From positions 1,426,001-1,490,000 of the forward strand of contig JBHGNT010000016.1 of the NCBI GenBank assembly GCA_043228905.1: DNA of 64,000 nucleotides, read 5' to 3'. Origin of the DNA: Azolla caroliniana (taxonomy: Eukaryota > Plantae > Polypodiophyta). The position numbers and the translations under genes are program-made. The number at the start of each line of letters is the position of its first letter. Position 1 is the first letter of the stretch. Below the pieces are notes generated by a model, which saw only the letters and a program-made list of their open reading frames with translations, had not been told where the DNA came from and made no database searches. Shown here piece by piece: positions 48,571 to 58,500 of this stretch.

Positions 48571-50752
48571 ATTCCCGTTTATTACACAAGTCGATTTATT
48601 TATTAGGTTCAAACGAATGCATCCAACTATCAAAGTTCAACTACGAACATTCGAGTCTCTTAAGCCACACTTTGTGAGACGCTTAAAGGATCGATACACA
48701 TGTTGTTGCATTTACCATGTACAGATGGGTTTTCTGAAGGACTCTGTTAATCTACTACGTCACCATAGCGCATCCCTAACTAATACAGTTTGCACATGTG
48801 GGTGCCCAATCTGTCGATCAAGCCCGCAAGAGGAGTGTAAATCATCTGAGCACGTTATCTCTTCCATGAGTTATTTATTAGATTCAATATTGTGTCCGAG
48901 AGAAATTGACGCTATCTTCCATATTCATAAATGTGTCATGGGTTTATGTCAAGATTGTGGCCCTACTAGATTTAGGTGGTGTCCAAATGAATTGAGTAGT
49001 GAAATATTGATCTCTGTGAAGTTCTTTGAGTCAGTGAACACCAATTTCGAAGGAAAGGTGTGTAAAAGAAAGGATCTAGTTCGGAAGATGCTTAAACCAA
49101 GCGATTTGGTGTCTCTATTTGTAGTATCTCTAGGAAAGTTCATTAAACACAACTTCATTTATTCATGGCAAGCCCATCAGTTTAAGACTTGCATATCCGA
49201 TTTACCAAATGATGTAGTAGTCTTAGTAGTAGATTTCGCAGAGAATTATACTTTCAAGCAGCAGAATGAAATTCAATCTATGCATTGGTGTTCAGTTCAG
49301 GTAACCATTTTTGTGCACATAACATATTTTCGAATTTCAGGTGATGTTAAAAAAGTAATTCATTTCTTTATTTCCGATGATAAGAAGCATGATACCTTGT
49401 TCATCCAACACTGTTTTAAGTTACATTGGCAATGGTTATTAGCTCAACGTTTGGAGCTTACTCAACATTGGGTCTGGTCTGACGGAGCTGCGTCACAATT
49501 CAAGGCTCGACGTCCATTTTATTTTGTGGGGAGGTATCCTACTATAACAGGTTTGGAGATGAGATGGAATTTTTTTGGGTCTGGCCATTGTAAAGGTGAA
49601 CATGATGGTGCAGGGGCTGTTATAAAACGGGCACTTACCCATGAACAACTAAAGACATATGGTGTGCACATGAATTGTGCATCACATGTAGTTGAATTTT
49701 TAAGAACAAATATGTCAACGAGTGCAACATGTGTTTATTCCTCGCAAGTCCGAGATATCAAACGTGAATTTTGGGAAGTGAAGATAGATGAAGTAAATAG
49801 GGAGAAGACTTGGGAGTGCCAAGGAATTCCCGAATTGCGATCTCTGCATGCTGTTCGCAGTTATTCCAGGTTGGATGGTCATTGTATTGCGGTTAGAGAA
49901 TTGACTTGTTTTTGCTTCCATTGTGTGCAGGGAAATTGGAGATATTGGGAGTATCACACTCTGAATAATAAGGAAGCAGTTGATGGAGAAACAGGGCAGA
50001 ATGCTGACTTCACATATGAGGGACTTGGAGATACTTTGAGTGATGTCCTGAACGTTGGGGATAACTTCGTTGTAAATGCTGAAGAAGGCAATTTAGAGGG
50101 TGTTGATTTCTATATATTGAAGTGCACGGTTAGTAAACAGTGTGCAAGGCAGAATATTGTAGATGCATGGGGAAATTTTGTATCTACCGGGACATTCTAC
50201 ATCGAAGGCATTTTTTATGCAAAACTAGATGACTACGAATATGTGTACAGGCTATTAGAAGACAAACCAGCGGCGTACATGTACTCTCATTTGGTCAAGT
50301 GCATCAGCGTCCCAATGTCATAATACAATAGTTGCTTAGGTTTATACACTGTTGGTGCCAATGTGTATGAATGTATTTACAATAGTATGCCATGGAATTT
50401 GTAGCTACAAGTAGCAATTACCATGTTCTCTTGTAAAACAAACATGTATTTCACGAAAACAGTTAAATAAATTCGTTTGAGAATCAATTTCTTGTATACA
50501 GTTTGCTTTCTGTGCTTTTTTCTCAATAAAATCATGTCTTTTTTGTTAAGTTTTAAGTTATAAGTTATAGCGAAATAGTCATTAGTAGCTAATTTGATGT
50601 AAAAATGCAGCTAATTAGCTGTCAATAGCTAAATAGTCATCAATAGCATGAAATCAACAATCTGCAACATATTCCTCAAATTACACAGTAGATAAGTACA
50701 GTGGGAACAAGTAATTAAATTCTTCATTGAATAATGTCATCTCTTTACATAT

Positions 50753-52508
50753 TTATAAATTACCATTGGAAATGTCTACAAATCTCCTATAAACAGCTAA
50801 GCTCTTGCTAGTCAGTGGAACGAGTCTACATATATTATCCGCATATCAAGCTCGGTATGGAGTCCACAACCATGCACCTAGTTGGCAGCTCACTGTTTGC
50901 ACCAGGTACTGTTCAGGCATTTCCTCGGGTAGAATGAGACAACATCTCCAAATATTGAAGTAGTGTTGGAAATGTTCTGTATCCAAAATCAATGTATTGT
51001 CGGCATTATATTCAGGCCAAGTAGCCCAAAAATCAGAAAGTCTCTTGAATCTTGCAGCTTCCATTTGCTCACAATTTTCTCGTGCCCATTGACCTTTAAA
51101 ATGACTTCGCCATTTTGGGAAGAATCTTGCTAAACACTTCTACACATCTGATTTTGGTTTTTCACTCCAAATAAACAAATCAAAGTATTGCACAACCCAC
51201 TCTAGAAACTGATTCACGTCCCTCCTTGGCTGCATATATCTCACACTCATCAAGACTTTATCAAGCTCCAAGATCAAGGCTCTTCTTTCGACTTCTAGTG
51301 GTTTAGGTTTCCATTCCTAAAACTGAGCCGTTGTTACACCATTTTCTAGTAGGACACGATCAATCTCAATCAGCTCAGGTTCGGCCGACACAACCGACGT
51401 CCTTTTCCTCTTCAAACCCCTAGTCGACTATGTTGGGCCTGGCTTCACATTCTAGTGCTCTTGTTTTGTCGACTTAGTTATCAATCCTTGGATTACCTCG
51501 GTGCATGTAGCTACTGATTTGCTCGATATCAGTTCACTGGTATCACATGTTGCATCTACCTGCAACACCAAGTCATCCGTGCAACATGCTTGATCAACTT
51601 GTGTGACCAGATCACTTGTGTCAGTTGCTACATCTACTTTCAAGATGGGGCCCTTTAAACATGCCACAACATCAAAAGTATCCACACTGCCATTGGCCTT
51701 ACGAGCAATAGAATCAAACCCTTTAGACTCTGCAACATCAGAAAACACCAACATATTCACACTCACAAAGTAACTAACAGTCTCACAAAACAACATACTG
51801 AACATCAAAAAGTTTCAGTCATAAAACAACACTCTTCAAATTATCTTCGAAAAACATCAGAGTTCCATTCCATAATGTGGATCAAGCAACAACCAATCTG
51901 AGGTTTTACTTGTCCAACAAGATAGTAAAACTTCATAAAACCCTAGCAAAATCCCTAAGCTAATAATCATATCCAACTAAACAGTATTTCGCTCCACTAC
52001 GTTTGGGCCCCTTGACCAAGTAACTGGTCTTGTTCCCGATCGTGGCCCCTTCTTTAGCCTTTTTCTGGTCGGTTGCCCATTTAGCCTTGCTTCTTTCACC
52101 CAATGCGCAAGTGTGTCCTCCTCCGACAACCTTCCCATTGCCTCAGCAACTAATTGCACATCAGCCGTTTCTTGAACTAGCTTTTCAAGTACAGAGGGAT
52201 CTGTTTGGACATTTTCAGTAGTTGGGCTCGGTGGGGTGGAATCAAGGTCTTGAGATTCGAAGAAATGTTGCATCAAGTGTTCATAAACACTGTTGTTGTG
52301 AACCTCAGTTTTACATGTTGTTTCCACTATTTCCTGGCATTTCACATCGTTGCCTAATTCAGTACACTGTTCCAAAAGAATAGGGGGGAGCTTATCTGAA
52401 GGAGATGTGATAGCAGGACTCTTACTTTTAGCCACGTTGGCAGCAGTATCCTCATCTGTTGCAACGTCATTAGCACCAGACACATCATGTGCCTTAATCC
52501 ACAAGATT
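50753..52508 (-). pseudogene. Spliced gene with an acidic low-complexity N-terminal part and a C-terminal FCP1/NIF-like HAD phosphatase domain (degenerate)
   Basis: Manual translation of 51290-50850: RRALILELDKVLMSV..PRRDVNQFLEWVVQYFDLFIWSEK...QWARENCE...FKRLSDFW...YNADNTLILDT; AG acceptors at ~52509 and ~51730; premature stops. Confidence 0.65.
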
Positions 52509-52519
52509 CTACAATAACA

Positions 52520-52857
52520 TGGCAGCTATTTAGGATAGCTAATTAGCTACTTTACTAAACTATGGTAGAAGCTAGGATAGCTAATTAGCTAGTACGATAG
52601 CTAATTAGGATAGCTAATTAGCTACTTTACTCAACTATAGTAGTAGCTAGGATAGCTAATTAGCTACTTTACTCAGCTATGGTAGCTAATTAGCTACTTT
52701 ACTCAACTATGGTAGTAGCTAGGATAGCTAATTAGCTACTTTACTAACTATGGCAGTAGCTAGGATAGCTAATTAGCTACTATGGTAGCTAATTAGCTAC
52801 TTTACTCAACTATGGTAGTAGCTAGGATAGCTAATTAGCTACTTTACTCAACTATGG
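52520..52857. repeat. Intronic minisatellite (~42-bp unit) with TAGCTAATTAGCTA core
   Basis: AGGATAGCTAATTAGCTACTTTACTCAACTATGGTAGTAGCT repeated. Confidence 0.9.
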
Positions 52858-54019
52858 TGTTGGGAAACAGGTCCCTCCGGATGGTGCAGACCCGGTGAGA
52901 ACCGGATGAGGAGTACCCGGCTACGGAGAGCCGGATGGTGTAGACCCGGTGAGAACCGGATGAGGAGTACCTGGCTACGGAGAGCCGGATGGTGCAGACC
53001 CGGTGAGAACCGGATGAGGAGTACCCAGCTACGGAGAGCCGGATGGTGCAGACCCAGTGAGGAATGCTCACCGGATGAAGAGACATATTCGTAAATATGT
53101 TTCTGAGAGTCCATCGAGGCTATATTTGTAAATAGCCGAAAAGTCATATTAGTATAAATATGCCTTAGGGCAACTTTTAGGCGGTTGTTGTTGTCATTCT
53201 TGTTGTTGCAAGAAAAGAGAGAGCGCATAACTATGTACACAGAGAGAGAGAGAGAGAGAAAGAGGTCGTTGCCTCTGTTGTAACCGCCGTCTGTGGCGAG
53301 GATCTTGAGCACGAGGTTGTTGCCTCCGTGAACTCACTGTTGTACATTCTAACATAGTGATAGTTTGAAGCCTGTGGGCTGCCGTGGTTTTTCCCCTTAG
53401 TTTGGGTTTTCCACGTAAACATCCTGCGTACTCGTCTCCTTTTCGTGTCGTTCATTATTTCCCGTTTTCTGTGTATGATTCTAAGCTCGGTTGTGGCCGA
53501 GCGTTCGTGTAGGAGCGTTTTAGTTCCCATCAAGTGGTATCAGAGCGAAACGACACCGAAAATGGATGAATCGTTTGGCGGCATGTTCAAGCTCACCGGC
53601 TCCAACTATTCAGTGTGGAAGTCGAAGATGAGGGACATGCTCGTGGTTAAAGATCTTTGGTTACCGGTTCAGTTCGGGGACAAGAGACCGGACAAGATCG
53701 ACGCCACAATATGGGAGGTGATGCACATGAAGACAACGGCGTACATACGGTGGTTCATCGACATGAGCCTATACAACAACTTCAATGAAGAGAGCAAGGC
53801 TCATGAGCTCTTGGAGAAGATCGGCATAATGTTTCAAAACAAAAATGTTGTTAATCAGGTTTCGGTATTCCGGAAGCTAGTAAGACTCTGGTACCAAGAT
53901 GGCTCCAGCATGGCGGAGCACATGAATGCCTTCCAGGGGCTGATCCACCAGGAAACTTCATTGGAAGTACCTCTCGCCGATGAGGTACTAGTGCTACTCC
54001 TGCTCGGTTCCATCCCGGA
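52858..54019 (+). mobile_element. Copia element A (5' LTR 52858-53532, PBS, start of gag), interrupted by Copia B
   Basis: TGTTGG...CCCATCA; PBS TGGTATCAGAGC 53535-53546; gag KLTGSNYSVWKSKM; 54-bp (2x27) repeats in U3. Confidence 0.88.
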
Positions 54020-55581
54020 TGTCGGGATTTCGGTCCCTCCGGATGGGATGTCCGGAAATGAATGACGGCAAGCCCGGTTGCGGTTACGGAACCGGAGGAT
54101 GAAAAGTACCCGGCATGAAGCCGGATGATGAAGACCCCGGCTACGGTGCCGGATGATGAATGTACCCGGAGAGAGATCCGGATGCGGGGACATATTTGTG
54201 AATATGTTTGCCAAGGCCCCTTGAGGCCATATTTGTAAATAGCCCGAAAGTCATATGTGTATAAATATGACTTAGGGCAAACAGTTTTACGTTGCTACTC
54301 ATTTTCTGTTTTTCCACTCAAGAGGAGTGAAGAGAGAGCAGCCGTGAGAGAGAGAGAGAGAGATAGAGCGCGAGAGAGGAAGAGGTAGACGCCTCTGTGT
54401 ATTTCCGCCGCCTGTGGCGAGGACAGCGAGCTCAAGGTCGTCGCCTTGCAGCTCGCCATTGTATACTTCTCTGTATAGTTTTGGTTTGGAGTCTTGTACT
54501 CCCGTGGTTTTTCCCGTCTAGGGTTTTCCACATTAATCCCTGTGTGCTCGCGTCTTGTTTCTCTGTGTGGTTCCTATTTTCTGCTCCATTGATTCGCGCT
54601 TACTCGGTTGTGGCCGGGTGGTGAAGGTGAATAGAAGCGTCTATTCCTTACAAACTGGTATCAGAGCGAACTGTTGCAGAAAATGGAAGGCGGCGGCAGC
54701 GGGCAGCCGGGGATGATGGTGCTGAATGCGCAGAATTACGCCGACTGGAAGATCAAGATGGAGGATCTTCTGATTGTTCGGGACCTGTACGAACCGATTC
54801 ACAGGTCGGAAATACCGAAAGGGGTACTTGAGTCGGAATGGAGGCTTCTGAACCGGAAAGCCGTTGCAACCATTCGGCAATACGTAGACGTGAGCGTTCT
54901 ACAACATGTGGCGAACGACGTCAACGCATATGAGATGTGGCGGAAGCTGTCGGGCTTCTACGAGAGGAAAAATGCGTTGAACCGGACCTCCCTGATGAGG
55001 AAGATAGTGAACCTCAAGTACCGGGACGGCGAGAGTATGGTGGAACACGTAAGCACGTTCATGGGATTCGTGAACCAGCTTGCGGCGATCAAGTTCCCGT
55101 TGGAGGATGCAATGCAAGCCATCATTCTGATGTGTACATTGCCGGATAGCTGGGAGAACTTGGTGGTGACTCTCAGCACCTCCTGCACGGAAGATAACTT
55201 GTCCCTACAAACGGTAAAGACAAGTATTTTGAACGAAGAAGCGCGTCGGAGAGATAAGGAACCGACCTCCGACTCAAAGGCGCTGCTTACCGAATCGGAA
55301 CGGGGAAGACAATGGAACCGGAGTCCGCAAAGACGGGAGAAGTCGGGGACCCGGTCGCAGTCAAGAGGAAGACCCACATGCTTCCACTGTGGGAAGCCGG
55401 GGCACTTCCGGAAGAATTGTCGGCATTACCGAAAGGACAACGGAGCCGACGACACCGATTCGAAGAAGTCACCGGAGCGAAACGGTGCATACCGGGGAGC
55501 CACGGACCGGAGAGGTCCGGATCGGCGAGGGCAGGACCGGAAAGGAACGACGGCACTCGCGGCAAGTGAAGAAGAGATAAT

Positions 55582-58500
55582 TGTTGGGATATCGGTCCCT
55601 CCGGATGGGATGTCCGGAGATGAATGACGGCAAGCCCGGTTACGGTTACGGAACCGGATGTAGATGTAGGCCCGGTGAGCGCACTCTCCGGATATGAAGA
55701 AGACCCGGCTACGGAGCCGGATGAAGAAGACCCGGCTACGGAGCCGGATGAAGAAGACCCCGGCTACGGAGCCGGATGAAGAAGACCCCGGCTACGGAGC
55801 CGGATGAAGAAGACCCCGGCTACGGAGCCGGATGATGAAGACCCCGGCTACGGAGCCGGATGACGAATGTACCCGGAGAGAGATCCGGATGCGGGGACAT
55901 ATTTGTGAATATGTTTGCCAAGGGCCCTCGAGGCTATATTTGTAAATAGCCCGAAAGTCATATATGTATAAATATGACTTAGGGCAAACAGTTTAAATGT
56001 TGTTGCTCATTTTATGTTCTAGCTGAGAGAGCGAAGTGAGTGCAGCCGAGAGAGAGAGAGAGATAGAAACGAAGAGGTCGACGCCTCTGTGTAATACCGC
56101 CGCCTGTGGCGAGGACAGCGAGCTCAAGGTCGTCGCCTTGCAGCTCGCCATTGTATATTCCAGTGTATAGTGATAGTTGGAGTCGTGCACTCCCGTGGTT
56201 TTTCCCGTTTAGGGTTTTCCACGTTATACCCTGTGTTTCCGTCTCTCTGTGTCTCTTTCCCATTTTCTGCTGTATTGATCCGTGTTGTCTCGGTTGTGGC
56301 CGAGAGGGGAAAGATTTGATAACGACAAATCCCATCAAACTGGTATCAGAGCACGGTAACACAGAAAATGGAAGGCGGCGGTAGTGGGCCTCCGGGCATG
56401 ATGGTGTTGAACTCACAGAACTACGCCGACTGGAAGATAAAGATGGAAGACCTTCTCATCGTCCGAGACCTGTACGAACCGATCGACAATGCCGAGATAC
56501 CCAAGGGGGTAATAGAGTCGGAGTGGAAGCTCCTGAACCGGAAAGCCGTAGCGACGATCCGGCAATATGTCGATGTAAGTGTCCTGCAACATGTGGCGAA
56601 CGACACGAACGCCTATGAGATGTGGCGGAAGCTGTCCGGATTGTATGAGAGGAAGAATGCTCTGACCCGGACCTCCCTGATGAGGAAGATAGTGAATCTT
56701 AAGTACCGGGACGGCGAGAGCATGGTGGAACACGTAAGCACGTTCATGGGATTCGTGAACCAGCTTGCGGCGATCAAGTTCCCGTTGGAGGATGCAATGC
56801 AAGCCATCATCTTGATGTGTACATTGCCGGAAAGCTGGGAGAACTTGGTGGTGACTCTCAGCACCTCCTGCACCGAAGATAACTTGTCTCTACAAACGGT
56901 AAAGACAAGTATTCTAAATGAAGAAGCGCGTCGGAGAGATAAAGAACCGGCCTCCGACTCGAAGGCGCTGCTTACCGAATCGGAACGGGGAAGACAATGG
57001 AACCGGAGTCCGCAAAGACGGGAGAAGTCGGGGACCCGGTCGCAGTCAAGAGGAAGACCCACATGCTTCCACTGTGGGAAGCCCGGGCATTTCCGGAAGA
57101 ATTGTCGGCATTACCGAAAAGACAACGGAGCCGACGACACCGATTCGAAGAAGTCACCGGAGAGGAACGGTGCATACCGGGGAGCCACGGACCGGAGAGG
57201 TTCGGATCGGCGAGGGCAGGACCGGAAAGGAACGACGGCACTCGCAGCAAGTGAAGAGGAGATCATGCTCATTACCGAAGAGAGGGAGCTGAACCTTGCC
57301 GGAGAAGAGATGACCTGGGTGGTCGATTCCGGAGCGTCGTTCCACCTGACCCCGGAGAAGAAATACTTCTCATCCTACACAGCCGGTGAGCATGGCTGTG
57401 TCCGGATGGGAAATGAAGGTACGTGCCGGATTGCCGGCATAGGAGACGTGTGGCTGATGACATCAACCGGATGCAAGATGCTGCTGAAGGATGTTCGACA
57501 CGTTCCGGAGGTTCGATTGAACCTGATTTCGGCCGGGAGGCTAGACGATGAAGGCTACACGGGTAGCATCCGGAACGGTGTCATGAAGTTCAGCAAAGGA
57601 AGCCTGATAGTGGCTCGGGCCCGGAAGATCAACACGCTGTACCTGATGAATTCCCGGCTATGTCCGGAAGAGTTGAACGTGGCAGCTGACACTGCCGGTG
57701 AGCTATGGCACAAGAGACTGTGCCACATGAGTGAGAAGGGGATGAAGAGGCTTGCAGAAGACAACCTTATTCCAGTGAAGCATGTGCACCTGGAGAAGTG
57801 CACCGACTGTCTGGCCGGTAAGCAAAACCGGACCTCCTTCCACTCAAGGCCACCGACGAGACGTAGTGCACCATTAGAGTTGGTGCACACTGACGTGTGT
57901 CAAGTAGAAACGAAGTCACATGGCGGAGCCCAGTACTTCGTAACATTCATTGATGACCATAGCCGGAAGCTGTGGACGGCACCGTTGAAGACAAAGGACC
58001 AAGTATTGTCCGTCTTCAAAGAACTCCACGCGAGAGTGGAAAGGGAATCCGGCAAGAAGCTGAAAGTGATACGAGCGGATAACGGAGGGGAATACCGGGG
58101 GCAGTTCCAGGAATACTGTCGCTCGAAGGGAATCCGGCTCGAGTTTACTGTGCCGAAGACGCCGGAACTAAACGGGCTGGCCGAGAGGATGAACCGGACC
58201 ATAATGGAGAGGGTCCGGAGTATGCTGGCACATGCGAAATTACCCAAGGGATTTTGGGCTGAGGCAATGTCGACGGCGACATATGTGATAAATAGATCAC
58301 CCTCAGTACCCCTAGATGGAGACACGCCACAGAGAGTGTGGACCGGTAAGGAAGTGTCCTACCGGCATCTGAAGGTGTTCGGGTGTCTCGCATTCGTGCA
58401 TGTGGCAAAGGACCGGAGAGGAAAGCTAGATCCAAAGACCCGGCCATGCATATTCCTCGGTTACGGCGATGACGAGTTCGGCTACCGAGTATGGGACCCG

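Larger units (their letters stand above)
42542..50404 (+). pseudogene. Sola2-like DDD transposase: exon 1 = 42542-42690 plus 47379-47979 (split by Gypsy); intron 47980-48589; exon 2 = 48590-50404
   Basis: Removing the Gypsy element restores RQLLKD|MKATL; motifs TCCCIYH, VDFAENY...EIQSMHW, ISDDKKHD, WSDGAASQFK, WNFFGSGH(C)KGEHDGAG..IKR; in-frame TAA at 47638 and 50321; acceptor apparently mutated (CAA). Confidence 0.75.
41505..52857 (+). mobile_element. Sola2-like DNA transposon; left end approximate, right end not seen (interrupted by the Copia nest)
   Basis: Spliced transposase plus a convergent gene; shared TAGCTAATTAGCTA motif at ~41515, 48030-48570, ~50590-50620 and 52520-52857; TIR and TSD cannot be checked. 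Confidence 0.65.

Noticed and set aside
55690-55860. Regular 27/28-bp repeats resembling a CRISPR array
   Set aside because: No unique spacers, no cas genes, and they lie inside a Copia LTR
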